Positions 12,575 to 26,166 of a DNA stretch of 64,000 nt are shown here, in pieces. Made by a program: the position numbers and the translations under genes. Under the pieces are notes generated by a model. It was not told where the DNA came from, did no database searches, and was given only the letters and a program-made list of their open reading frames with translations. Position 1 is the first letter of the stretch, and each line of letters begins with the position of its first letter. Source of the stretch: Octopus vulgaris (taxonomy: Eukaryota); assembly GCA_951406725.2 (NCBI GenBank), contig OX597818.1:43276001-43340000 (forward strand), given 5' to 3'.

Positions 12575-13340
12575 AAACTATAGCAAAGCTCAGGTGAGCC
12601 CCACAATGGAGTATTGCTCTTATATCTGGGATGGTATTGCTGTTAGACTCATACAGAAATTCTCAACCACATCCAAAGAAGGGCCACCGAGCTGATTGAC
12701 ATGCAGTCACTCACCAACATTCTATTCTAAGGTCCATTAACATGTTGCCCTTTCTCTCTGTCGTTTCCCATCATCATCCCATCAGGTGACTTTCCCAAAC
12801 CAATGCAACTCTTCCATGCTAGATATCCTGATCTTCCACTCCTCAACCTAATATCAGGTGTCTTCCACAAGATGATTGACATATGCTCTTCTTGATCTGC
12901 CAGTACCTGTAGGCCCATGTGTGGGTTTCCAGCAAAGGAGATTGCTGGATATTTCATCCTTGCTTCTCCAGCAGTGTCCTGTATAACATGTTCTTTTTCT
13001 GATTATCAAGATAATGGTAAGAATACTGCCATTCAGTCACTGCATTGTAGGGTGTTACTGCCAAGACAGAATAAGAACTGCACAAAGCATTCTCACAAAC
13101 ACACCTTCAAGCTTCTTTTCAAGTCTGTCTTTTCTACTGCTGCTACAATGAATGGCGTTTACTCCTCAGAGCTACCTGGTCTAGTACTACTTTCATTTAT
13201 GCACTCCTGGCTCACTTCTCCACTCATTACCTATATTTGGGCCCCATCTTCCTCAGGCTCTACAATAATCACTATGTCCAGTTTTTTTCATTTCTAAATG
13301 TTTACTCTGTGGAATTTTCTCCCTACTCATGTGTTTTCTG
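12575..13340 (+). pseudogene. CR1-group LINE ORF2 C-terminal fossil, split by an RTE-X insertion
   Basis: KAQVSPTMEYCSYIWDG, then LNHIQRRATELI; resumes after ~13100 with NGVYSSEL. These are typical CR1/L2-group post-RT motifs. Confidence 0.65.
12765..13090 (-). pseudogene. RTE-X-type LINE 3' fragment
   Basis: AVLILSWQ*HPT...GHCWRSKDEISSNLLCWKPTHG...GRSRRAYVNHLVEDT matches the RTE-X C-terminal pattern. Confidence 0.75.
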
Positions 13341-13742
13341 CCGTTTTGCAACTTGCAGTTGTTCAAGAGGAACATCTAGCTATGTTGAACTCATTAGTTT
13401 TTGCAGGCCTACAGATTGCATGAGCATAGTCCCTGCTTCCAGAACAGATCAATAAAAAAAAAATGAGTGAATGGTAAAAATGGACATTATCATCAGTAAC
13501 AACATAGTTCCTAAGGTTCTTGCTGCCCATTATAGAAAGATAGTATTAATGAGCACCAATAGCAACCTCTTCATTCAGAAGATAAGACTAAGAAGGTCTA
13601 GAAATGTTGATGGATTTTATAACTTTATAGTTCCAAGGCAAACCCAAAAGAATAATAAAGAAATACATAAAACTATTTATAAAACAAACAAAAAACAAAG
13701 TTGAGGGCAGGTGTGTTTCAACGTAACTGGTTAATATATATA

Positions 13743-13944
13743 GTTAATCCAAACACGAACAAAGAGAAAACACAACAGCGTGAGGACTTAGAACATGTAT
13801 AGTGTCATTGGACGCTCAGGAAAGGAAAGAAAGAAGGAGAATTTAACGTTTCGAGCGGAGCTCTTCGTCAGAGACATAGAAAAAGGAAAGGTCCAAGGAA
13901 GGAAAGACAGAGAAAGAAAATCGCCAACAATACACATGCGGTCA
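13743..13944 (-). mobile_element. ~200-bp Penelope-like non-autonomous element with minimal hammerhead-like motif (copy 1, intact core)
   Basis: The minus strand reads CTGACGA-A-GAGC-TCC-GCTC-GAAACGTTA (13871-13844). It ends in (TA)n and is homologous to 44258-44463. Confidence 0.7.
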
Positions 13945-14859
13945 CATGTGTGTATGTGTGTGCACATAATGCAACCCTTCAAGATGTTAAATTAAAAATC
14001 TAGAAATACTATTACCTACGTGCAGATACAAGAATACAAGTTTGCTTTGCAACATATGATTCTGGGTTTCATCCCAGTGTCTGGCACCCTGGGAAAGTGT
14101 CTTCTACTGTAGCCTCAGGTTGAACAATGTCTATGAATGTATGCATGTGTATATGCATTTATGACTGTCTGTGTATCACCATTGCATATGGACAAAAGAG
14201 ATACATGTCAGCAACAAAAACCAATAAACTACCATGTTCAAACAAAAATATCCTGTGCTTATTTATTCCACTTGATTTGCCCAGACACTTCCCTGTCACT
14301 CATGCCATTGGAAATGCGGTTAACAGTGATCAGCTATTGGAAATCTATAACCAACAATGTTGTTCACAAAATACATGTGATAAAAAAAAAATACATAAAC
14401 AAAGAAATAGATATTTCTTCCAACTATTAGCAGGTTAAGTCCACAAACACCTGTACAGGTCATTAGTATTAACCAATCAAGAATATCTGCATACTTGTAT
14501 GGACAGGTGTGGCCATGTGGTTAAGAAGTTTTGCTTCACAGCCATGTGATTTCAACTTCTGTCCTCTTACATGATGCATTAGGTAAGTGTCTTCTACTAT
14601 GACCTCTTACAAAGTACTTTGTAAGTGAAATTTTGTAGATATAAACTGTACAGATGTCTGTCGTGTGTGTATTTTATATATATATATATATATACAAAAA
14701 GTAAATATATGGAGTTGAACGCAGGTGTTATTCAAATTCTTTTACTTTCGACATATGTTTCGAAGACAACATTGGTTTTATTCCTAAGGAATAAACGGTG
14801 TAAAATTATGTAATTTTTTCATCAGGAAAGAAAGAGAACCTATCTCAACAACAAGACAT

Positions 14860-14861
<2 letters not shown>

Positions 14862-14949
<88 letters not shown>
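14862..14949. repeat. compound (GA)n(GT)n(GA)n microsatellite
   Basis: Directly visible. Confidence 0.95.
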
Positions 14950-15003
14950 TGCAATTGTTTGTGTGTTTGTCCCCACGTGTCTCCACATTGACATTGCTTA
15001 GAC

Positions 15004-15353
15004 CAGTAGTTCTCAGCCAAGGTCCATATGGCCCTTGGGGATCCATATAAGATTTTGGGGGGGCCATGTAACCAAATGGTAAATTGGAGATCCACAATAG
15101 TATTTTATGGGTCCCTGAAAAAGTTTTGTATTAGATGTTTGTATTGGTATGCATTGCAAGAAAATGCGAGGCCACTTTCTCTGACATTTTACATAGTTCA
15201 ACTCACACAAGTTAATGCGTGTAAAACAAAATAGGAATTTTGAAAGAAATTTCAATATAACTCGTTTTTAAACATGGACCGACTATGGGAGTCCACCAGG
15301 AAAAAATAGTAATCAAAGAGATCCATAGATAAAAATATGGTTGAGGACTTCTG
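15004..15353. mobile_element. hAT/Charlie-type MITE with perfect 8-bp TSD
   Basis: GCTTAGAC|cagtagttctcagcc ... ggttgaggacttctg|GCTTAGAC; a second copy lies at ~31983-32560. Confidence 0.88.
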
Positions 15354-15679
15354 GCTTAGACAGTGGCAGTGGTGACTCACCTTCACACAGTCCACCAGCT
15401 ACTCCAACAGCATAACTATTTCTACAGAAAAAAGGACTCAATACCTACAGTTAGGTCATTTATTTAAATCTATGGCTTTACTCTGTTGCTAGGTAAGTTT
15501 ACCCATCACTATCACATTCTTTAAATCAACCTAAGGAATGTGATGGAAACAGAAAACTTAGAGAAGCAAGAGATTGAGGTTTCAGCTTCAAATAAATTTG
15601 TGTGTGTGTGTGTGTAAGTGTGTGTATGCATGTGTGTGTATGTGTGTATGCGTGTGTGTGTGTGTGTAGTTATGTGCTT

Positions 15680-16060
15680 TGAACTTCATGGTTTTGAGTT
15701 CAGTCCATTGCACAACATTTTGGGCAAGTATCTTCTACTATAACCCCTGACTAACTAATATTTGTGAGTGGATTTAGTAGAAAGAAATTACATGGAAGCT
15801 TGTTGTGTGTGTAGGTATGTGTGTATATGTGTGTCTTTGTGTTTATTTCCCATCATTCTTTGACAACCAGTGTTGGCGTGTTTATGTCCCTGTATCTCAG
15901 TGGTTTCAGCCAAAGAGATAATTAGAATAAGTATCAGACTTTAAAAAAAAAAAATAATAATAAGTGCTGGCATCAATTTGTTCAGCTGAACCCTTCAAAG
16001 CAGTGTCTCAGCATGGCCACAGTCCAATGACTGAAACAAGTAAAAGTTTGAAAAATAAAA
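15680..16060 (+). mobile_element. diverged family A SINE
   Basis: ttgggcaagtatcttctactata core and gactgaaacaagtaaaag tail. Confidence 0.8.
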
Positions 16061-17852
16061 GACTTACAGCATAGCTTTGATCATGATGGCTGAAACAGAC
16101 TGGCGAACACACACATACATACACAGAGTTGCCAAAATCTACGTATAAACATTAGACATGCTTCGTCTCATGACATCTTTGCCAGCATTGTGCTTTGAAT
16201 AATACTTCTTTTTTTTCATTTTTATCATAACCAAAAGATGTGTGAATGTGTGTGTGCATGCATGTGTGTGTGTGTGTGTGTGTGAATGGTGTAGGAGGCA
16301 TGCATGCTCAGGCAGTCACACATGTTTATGTTTCTGCATTTATTTATATTGCCCAAACTTGTGAAACAAGTTCTCCGTTATGAACCTCATTAATACATTC
16401 AATATGAAACATGTTAAGCTTAACCCTGTAAACTCTCTCTCTCTTTCAGCCAAAATGCCTACACATAAAATTGGATTTATTATGCTTGACTGACTTTTTT
16501 CATATCTAATCTAATCTCATTTCTGTATGTATGACTAACTGCTTGCATCAAACTCCAAAGTCTCCTCTATCTTTATTACAACACTAGTGTCCCATTAGTC
16601 CCTCACTCCACCCAACGATTCTTTCATTTGCTTTATACATAATTCTGTTCACTGAACCTTCAATTGTATTGACCGGATTAGAATTGTCCCCTTCTTATCC
16701 TTTCATTCTTCACTGAACATAGCATTAAGTATGCATATCAATAGCTCTTAGTATAAACCAACCTAAGATAATACTATAAAACAATTGGCCAAGCCATTAG
16801 ATGACCATTTACACTGGACACTATTCTGCTTAGACACTAAATGTATAACTCTTTCTTGGATGAATCCACCTTTGCCTTATGCCATTCTCATATCAGCTTT
16901 TGGCATTCATTGGTTTATTTAGCTGCTGAGACCATATCCCTTATTCTCTTTTAATCTTATTCCTTCACATGATTATATTCATTTTAGGGAGTAGAATTCT
17001 TTTGTATGCATGTCTATTCATGCATTTTTGATTTTCTAACAAAACATGCATTAGAGAAAGTAAACTATTATATTAAAAGTACATGAGAGTATGTGTGTAT
17101 GTGTTGTGTGTATGCGTGCGTGTGCATGTGTATTTGTATCTGTATGTGCGCAACTCTTCTGCGATAAATGTTTGTAGACAATATTTTCTTTAATACTTTT
17201 TTCAGTTGAAAGATCAAATATTGCATTAACTTTTTTCATCTGTTCTTAAATGATTTCTCAAGCCAGATGACTAAAATCTCCTCTGTTTTTTCTTTATTCT
17301 CTTCCCCTATTAAATGTCATCAAAGCATTTTTTTACTTACGTTATTTATTTTCTCTTTGAAATATTTCTATTAAAAAAATTACAATATTTAATGCATATT
17401 CTCAAAATATTACTATATTCTTTGAGAACTGAATAAATTTTTCAAGTCAGTCGTTTGAAAAATAGGACCTTATTTCTGAAAAGGAATTAGATTCTTAGAC
17501 CATTCTTGGAATTTAAATATTGATAAAATATTTCCCTAATTAAATATGACTATCAAATTAAGCAAAAATTAATAGGATAATGTTAGAGGATTTATCACAT
17601 GAATGAACCACAGCAAAATTATTCTGGTTTGTTGTCTTGATAGATTATTTGATAATATGCCAATATATTCACTTTTGATAAAAGAACTAACTCATAATCC
17701 AGACTTAATGAGAAAGTTTTACAAATTGCTATGTCAACTCTTCCAAACTGTTATGTTATTTCACTCTCTTTAAACAGTTTCTAAAACTATTTTTAATTGT
17801 ATTTTCTTTTTTGCATTATTTTAAAATACTAAGTTATTTGCTTGTTGTTTTT

Positions 17853-18270
17853 ATCTTTTACTTGTTTCAGTCATTGGACTGCGACCATGCTGGAGCATCA
17901 CGTAAAAGGATTTAGTTAAATAGATTGCCCCCAATACTTATTTTATTTAATTTTTTTTTGCTGCTTTTCTTTTATTCTTTTGCCAAACCACTAAGCTACA
18001 AGGGCATAAACAAACATCAGTTATCAAGTGACAATGGAGAACTAACACATACACATGCATACACATGTGCATACACACACATACACATGTGCATGTACAC
18101 ACACAGGCCACACACTCGCACACACACAATGAGCTTCTTTCAGTTTCCAGCTATCAAGTCCACTCACAAGGCTTTGATCAGCCTGGCTCTATAATAGAAA
18201 CACTTGCTTAAGATATTGTACAATGGGACTGAACCCAAGACCACATAGTCAGGAAGCAAGCTCTTATACA
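17853..18270 (-). mobile_element. diverged family A SINE
   Basis: Reverse-complement tail cttttacttgtttcagtcattggactgc and core ccactcacaaggctttg. Confidence 0.8.
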
Positions 18271-19719
18271 TTAGTTTGTTTATTTCATATATTATTGTAT
18301 AAGCCCATTTCAGTGAATTTAACTTCCTTGATAGATATTACAAAATACAAGTACTACTAGAATATTGTCAATAAATTAAAAAATGATTCTTTAATGAACA
18401 CTTTTTCCTTTATTTCTGAATAAATTTCATCTTTAGGAAAGCATTCATCTATCTCTATCAAGTTTCCAATTTTTAACTTACGAAAGTGCTTCATTTTAAA
18501 TTGGTTTCTCGACAGCAGTTTATTTAATCAATACCTTGTTAGTGGAATTTGGTTGTAGGAAACCATGTGAAAGCCTGTCATGTAGTGGTATGTGGATGGC
18601 TTTCACCAATATATTGGCAAAATATATAACCATCAGTTTTTAAAAAATTGGGAAAATCATGCTTTCAAATAAAAATTTCTTTATGTGGTATTTGCTCTGC
18701 CCCAGTAGCAGAGACAATCCCTTTTCATTCTCATTGTCAGAAGTCTGTAATCAATGATGCTGTTGTTCACCAACTGAGATATAGAATAAAATATATTTCT
18801 TCCAATGATAAACAAACTGGGAGGATGGTACATCGAATGTAGTCATACTTATCAGTTTCATAGTTGAATCAATTAGACTATATCAATTTATTATTTTAAG
18901 TTCATGTTTCATATACGAAAAGTTCTTAGAAAGAAGAATCAATATAGTTAATTTAATGTTAACGTATTTAATGCATGGAGTTAAACTCTAACTAGAAATA
19001 AATATGACTAATACAGAGAACTATTCCTGATACATTTTGATATTATTCTGACCTCATCAAAGAAGCATAGCCTTTACAGCACTTAGCAATGTGATGATGA
19101 AAGAATGAAAGAATCACTAAGTATTTTGATTTTTAATTTGTTTTGTAAGAATTTTTTATATGAACCCATGGGTTGAAACCAATAGAGTTATGTTTGGGAA
19201 GAGTTAATATTTATTATAACCCTTCCCAAATATAATAAAAGTAAGTGTACAGGATTGCACAATTGTTAATGTAGGATAATAGAATGTTATAGAAATTAAA
19301 TAATTCAAAATACCATCAGTATGAAAAACATCAAACTACAAATAAAACACATCTCTTGCTAACAACTTAATCTGTATTAGTTTAATTCTTATATAAATTC
19401 TCGAGTTAATCTTTTGGAAAGTACTGTAGGGAAAGAAGAGGAAAAAATATATAAATAAATGTTATATCAAATTATCGTTTTCATCAAATGATTTTAGCTT
19501 GTGTAGAATTTACTTATAAACAAATTTTACAAAATCCCCATTTCTTTCTCTCTAATATAAATAGTACATTTAATTCTTTGGGTTATGCACGATTGATTTA
19601 TTTTAATATTAATACAAAAAAAAAAAAATAGATGTTATTTCATGTTCAATATTTTATATCTCTCTGCTACTCCTAAGAGATTAATATATTCATACACAAT
19701 ATGAAAATTAATAAATCTT

Positions 19720-20150
19720 TTGTTAACAGAAGGCTCTGCTGAAGGAAATAATATTCTATTCAAATATTGGGGAATTGTTCATGATATCTGGTAATGAATG
19801 ACCTTCCAGTTGAGTCGAAGTCAATACTTTCTTACAACTTCTAAATATCATCCTTTAAGTATGTGCAGATTGTTTTCCTTCCCATTGTCTGCTGAGTATA
19901 TTCTTTAACAAACAAAAAAAAAGTTCTTTTTTCGTTTAATTTGTCAAGTATTTGCCTTTTATCATATTTTCCAGATTGATTTGATACTGAATAAGAGGTT
20001 ATGTTGATGTGCGCCACGATTCTTAGAGCCTCTTCCTCTAAATATATTTGCATCGTTCTTGTAATAAACATTAACATTTCCTGATTGAAATTGATAGAAG
20101 CCATTATGAGAATAATAGCAAAAATGTTGAAGATGTTATGGCTTGACATC
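19720..20150 (-). pseudogene. possible PIF/Harbinger transposase N-terminal fossil
   Basis: RQILDKLNEKRTFFLFVKE...CTYL(R)M, with frameshifts, resembles the Harbinger N-terminal R..L.KR.E.G....L..EL...D...F..YLRM pattern. The match is weak. Confidence 0.3.
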
Positions 20151-23100
20151 TTCAAACTTCCTCCACATCCCTCAGAGTAAATAGATCTTGTGTGTGGTGT
20201 GGTGTGGTGTGGTGTGGTGTGTGTTTGTGTGTGTGGTGTGTGTGTGTGTCGTATATATATACACACACACATATATGTATATATAGATAGTATACATAGA
20301 TACATATACATATACACACACACATGCACATATATATATACATACAACATGCACACTCACATACATACATACATACATACGTGCATACAGGTTTATATAC
20401 AGAGAGAAAGAATTCTGAAATTAAAATGGAGTTCACTACTTTTGTATAAACTTTCCTTGTGTAAAAATTAACAAAATGATAAGAGATAATCTATAAATGA
20501 TGATGTACATACCGTAATCTTTTTTTCTTTTCTTACATCCATTTTTCTATGCTATTATATTGTGAAGAAACAATTTCGATATGACTATTTTTATTTAAAT
20601 CATTCTGCTGTGAAACACACATGTGCTTTCTAAATGCTCATTATTCAATGAGATGTAAGAAAGGCAGATGTAAAAAAGTTTGTAGTTAGGCAGTTTAACT
20701 CGTTAGCATTCAGATTACCCTGAAATGTAGTACTTATTTATTCACATTGTTTTCAATTAATAATCATGCATTATCTTGTTTCAATATTTTGATGTTGCTC
20801 TTGTTTATTATTAGAATGACATTGTAGGGTAGGTGTGAGAAGCTGGAGCTGACCAATTTGAACATAAAACAGGTAGAATATTTGGACCAGATATGGCTGG
20901 TTTAAATGCTGTGCCTTAGAATACAACACAACCAAGACAATGCATGTAGCAAACTTTGAGCCTGTGACCTTATAATCAGTACTTTGCTATCATCTGTCAT
21001 GATTTTCCAATATCAAGTGTATTCTAGTGTGTCTTCCAAATCTTCTCTTTCTAAAGGATGTTTCAAAAATATTGTGAAAAGCACAAGCTATTCTCCATTT
21101 CTTTTTATGGTTATTGCGTCTCAGCTGCTATGGTTATAGCTGTAAATGCTGCTGCAAAGTTATAATTTCCATAAACATAGATATTAAGACAAGACAGATA
21201 CCAATGTAATGAAATATAAGAAAATCGAGATAATGGTTTCTCAAGAATGTATTTCTTCTAAGTATTGCTTGTTGACTTCCATGTGGTTGGATGTAAATTT
21301 TATATTCCCATCAACTCATGAATAATTGTTCATTCGTTTATTTTTTTTTTTTTTCATTTTTTTTTTTAGTTTTTTTTTTATCTAAGAAGTTTAAATCCAT
21401 CCAGTTTTAAGCAGTTGTTTTGCAGTGAGGTATCTTCTTTCTTTGTGTCTGTTTCTTTAGTCATCTTCAATTATCCTTATTTGATCCTTCCGTTTATCTT
21501 TTTCCTTTTAAATATTCTTTCAGCTTCTATTGTATATCAGTTCTGTAACTCCTAATCTGATATTGACTATCTTGTCTTTAGTTAAATTACTATTTTCCTT
21601 AATAGAATGAATGCATCCAATATAAGATATGAACTTTTCAATTTGGAAATATCTCAGTAATATATGTATTACTATGGTTGCATCAGAAATATTTGTTTTC
21701 TCCCACTATTTTTATTTTTTGCGAAGCTGATTTTATTTCTAAGAAATTCCATATCAGTCTTAGAGTGGTTATTTATACTGTAATCTGAAAATATGGCAGT
21801 CTGTGACAGCCACATAAGTATCACCTCTGAGGAAATATGTCCCATTAGCTTACTATACACCATGAGCTCTAAAATTGGGGCTTTGACTATGATTCAGGTC
21901 CCAGTTACAGCTGCTTCTTTGTATAAATCTAAGTAAGACCTTGTTATATAGTACTATTTAACTTTATGACATTGGGTAGAGTGGCTAAATATTTTATTGT
22001 ACCAAATTTGAGAATCTTCTCAGAGTTTCACCTTGGGTTGGGCTGTTCACAGCCTGAGGCAAAGTTATGACACACACACTTGACTTTTATAGATTTTTTG
22101 TGATTATGGATCTACACCTGGAAAGTTCTTCTTCATGGTTCAAGTCTGAGCAAAGTTTTTTTTTTCTGTGTGAAAAACAAGCAATTGTCTATGCATTCAA
22201 GTCTCTCCTTTGCATGCCATTAATACTGTCCTTTGAAAGGATGAAAGACGTAACTGACCTCAGCAGGATCTGAACTCATATATACATAAAGACCAACAAG
22301 TGTATACAGTTGAAATTAACAAACTTTATTCTAACTTATTTCATTATTGCTTCATCAAAATGGGTATTGGCCCATTCTTTCTTACTGAAATGTAAACTGA
22401 AAACCATATGTAACTCATCCAAAATTCATATTTACTACAGTGTTGGCCTCAAACCAAACTGTTTTGTCTCTTTGTAAAGACTCAATGAGATATAGATAAT
22501 GAGATTGCAAGAGTACATTTGATATTCTGCCAGAGAGTAAAACTTTGTGTCATCAATAAATTGTATTAATTTTCCTTCTTCTATACTTTGAAGAGTATTC
22601 CTGTTTTATATCCCAAACTATCCTGGCATTAAAGAAGTGTATAATTCTATTTCTGTTGTTACAACTTAACATTTTGCTTCATTTTTATTTCATTATTGTA
22701 TTACCTAAAAGTAGATTGGTTAAACTTGCTTCTATTATAGTTTGTGTCTCATAGACATTTTACTTCCATAAATCTTGTCACACTTCGTTTTATAATTTCT
22801 CTTGGAGATGACCTTGGTTTCTGTAGTCTAAAGATAAAAATTTAAGATTATTTAGTCATAATAAAATGAACATTTGCGTATAATTAATCTTTAAATTTTC
22901 TCATTCTCTTGAAAGAGCTTAAAGATTTATGATGATCTATAAGTCTCTATAGATTTTTTTTAACCATTTTAACTTCAACCATACTTCTATTAAAAATTGG
23001 AAACTAAATGATTTTATCAGTGTAAGTTTTAGATTCTCTGTTCATATAGTCTCTTACAGCTTTCAAGTGATTGGAATGTGGTCATGCTGGGGCACTGCTT

Positions 23101-23277
23101 TTAAGAGTTTTCAGTTAATATCGATCCCAACTTGACCAATACTTATTTCATTGATCTTGTAAGATTCAAATATAAAGTGAACTCTGGAGCAAGAGATCAC
23201 TCAGCTGGGTATGAATACCATAGGGTATTTTTGTTTGATGGTACTAATTTTTGTTCAGCCCATGTTGATATAAACAT

Positions 23278-23700
23278 GGCACAGGCATGGTTGCAAGTTT
23301 AAGAAATTCATTTCCCGACCATGTGGTTTCAAATTCGGCTCCACTGCATGGTACCTTGGGCAAGTGTCTTCTATAGCCCCATGATTACCTAAGCTTGGAG
23401 AGTAGATTTGGGAGGGAGAAACCAGAAGAAACCTGTTGTATATGTATGTGTGTGTGTGTGCACGTATGTATGGCTGTGTATTGTGATTCCTTATCTTGAC
23501 ATCAAAGGATAGTAATAAACGAGCATTGCCATCATATTTGTGGAGCCCTTGTTTCTCGTTTTTCCATAGAAATATTACCTTATTTGAAAACGGGTGAGGA
23601 TTGGTGATAGGAAGGGCATCCAGCTGTAGAAAATTTCTCTTAACGAATTCCTGCTTGATACATGCAAGCACGGAAAAGTGGATGCTAAAATGATGATGAC
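23278..23700 (+). mobile_element. SINE with family A head and family C (RTE-type) tail
   Basis: cttgggcaagtgtcttc head joined to ggaagggcatccagctgtagaa...gcaagcacggaaaagtggatgctaaaatgatgatg. Confidence 0.7.
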
Positions 23701-25014
23701 AGCATAGTAGTAGTAGTAGTAGTAGTAATAGTAATAGTAGCAGCAGCAGCAGTAGCAGCAGCAGCATATAAGGGGAATTCTGCACAGTCCCTATCTACCA
23801 AATTCTTTTACAATGGTAGAAGACACTTGCTCATATGCCATGCAGTGGGACTGAACCCAAAAATAATGTTGGAGTTTGTATATCAATCTCCTTAGCCATG
23901 CTACTGCTTTGTCTTTACTCATATGTTAAATTTTTTTAACTTCATTTTGTTTCTTTCTTCAGTTTATTTCAGTGAACAAATATTGACATTATCAGTATAT
24001 ATATTGATTCCACTGTTTGCCTGTTTACATAAGAAATTACTCAAACCTATTTTTCATTGTTTAAGAGAGTATTTATAGATTAGGTTTGGAAATAATTAAC
24101 TTAAATGTTTGCTTCCAACTGTTGAACACTTAATATTTTTATGTTAGCATGCACGTGTGCTTTATATGCTAGTACACATACACGTACTATATAAGAAGTA
24201 AATATTTACTGCTATGCTTGCTGGTTCATAAATAAACCCTTCTAGCCATATTGTGTTTTTCTCTCGTAATCAATGAATTTCCAACCTCAATCCACCACTG
24301 AGAGTGAAAACTATGCATAATCTGCCAATGAAGGAGCCTCTACCCAGTTTCTCTACAAACTAGAAATAGCAGACAAAAAAATTTCTCTCAAACCACACGT
24401 TATTGTCTTAAAGAAAGGACAGCTTAGATAAATGTAGTCTTAGATATGCCATAAAATAAATAATAAAACTGGATGGTTAGAGCTGGAACATGTTTGATCA
24501 TAGAAGTCTGCTTGGCAAAAACTAATATGGAGCCAAACAACAGCAACAAATAACATCTGTGTTTATAGAATCTCTTTACCCAAACTAGCTTGGTAAAACT
24601 AATATTAAACATGAAAGCAATTGTTTGTTTTATACTAAAAATCTAAAATGCTTGTATTGATATGTAAATACCCTGTGTCAATAAAATATCATTGGCAACA
24701 AAATAATTTTTGCTCTATTCATAAAAAAAATTATATGCGACAATATGTATGCAGTACATGAATTAGATGTGCAACATTCAATGACAAGAAGATAAAATAT
24801 GTAAAAGCTTTGTGTATTACATTTGTCAGATATATTATACTTGAGATACTAAGAATATTGGATATATGATTTCTATATTATATACGCCAGAATTGTCATA
24901 CACTGACACTGTAAACTACATGGGATTATAGATACAGGAGGAATAGGATAAGTCCTGGATTTCATAGATGAATATACCATTTATGAAAGCTATAGGATAA
25001 ATTAACAATTAATG

Positions 25015-25052
<38 letters not shown>

Positions 25053-25107
25053 TCTTTTCTGTATACTTAAAAGGACAGAATGGCTCAGAACAGAACCTTC
25101 ATGAACA

Positions 25108-25602
25108 ACTTACCACACAGCCACTCCTGTGCCTATACATGTGTATAATAAACAAGACTACATTTCTGTAAAATGTCATCAGTACTTTAGCTCTAATTAT
25201 CTCCCACTAAATATAGAAAAGAAAATATTGTCTGTATCCAGCATACACAAATGAGGCTATTTAATTAAAAATAGCCATCTACTGTGTATACATTAAGTAT
25301 GATACAGTATCATTCTTAAAGTATATACAATGTTGATAGGCCAGTTACTGCAGTATTTTTCCTGAGATAACATTTCTCGTGGCCTTGTTTAGTTATAAAT
25401 TCAATGATTATCAGAGAAGCCAAAATGCATCTGGCACTCTTGCTAGCCACTGATGGAATGAATTTCATCTCTCTCTGATATTTTTTTTTTAACACAACCA
25501 GTCCCTAAGAGACTATTAAATACTGCAGTAACTAGCCTACTGACTGTGTGTATACATTAAATATAATACATAGATGGCTCTTTTCTGTATACTTAAAAGG
25601 AC

Positions 25603-25639
<37 letters not shown>

Positions 25640-26166
25640 GTTGTTCATGAAGGTTCTGTTCTGAGCCATTCTGTCTTTTTAAGTATACAGAAAAGAGCCA
25701 TCTATGTATTATATTTAATGTATACACACTGTCAGTAGGCCAGTTACTGCAGTATTCAATAGTCTGTTATGGACTGGTTGTGTTAAAAAAAAATATCAGA
25801 GAGAGATGAAATTCATTCCATCAGTGGCCAGCAAGAGTGCCAGATGCATTTTGGCTTCTCTGATAATCATTGAATTTATAACTAAACAAGGCCACGAGAA
25901 ATGTTATCTCAGGAAAAATACTGCAGTAACTGGCCTATCAACATTGTGTATACTTTAAGAATGATACTGTATCATACTTAATGTATACACAGTCGATGGC
26001 TATTTTTAATTAAATAGCCTCATTTGTGTATGCTGGATACAGACAATATTTTCTTTTCTATATTTAGTGGAAGATAATTAGAGCTAAAGTACTGATGACA
26101 TTTTACAGAAATGTAGTCTTGTTTATTATACACATGTATAGGCGCAGGAGTGGCTGTGTGGTAAGT
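25108..26166. repeat. ~495-bp inverted repeat (arms 25108-25603 and 25672-26166, 68-nt spacer)
   Basis: The arms are reverse complements with only scattered substitutions and homopolymer indels. An extra piece, 25048-25110, is the reverse complement of 25639-25701. Confidence 0.95.

Noticed and set aside
14575-14600. ttAG|GTAAGT ratchet-like motif
   Set aside because: It is a mutated SINE CORE segment (ttgggcaagtgtcttc) without a pyrimidine tract.
21050-23000. Coding-like decayed minus-strand sequence (possible Harbinger/MADF remnants)
   Set aside because: The motif resemblance is too weak, and the order is inconsistent with a single element. It needs a tBLASTn search.
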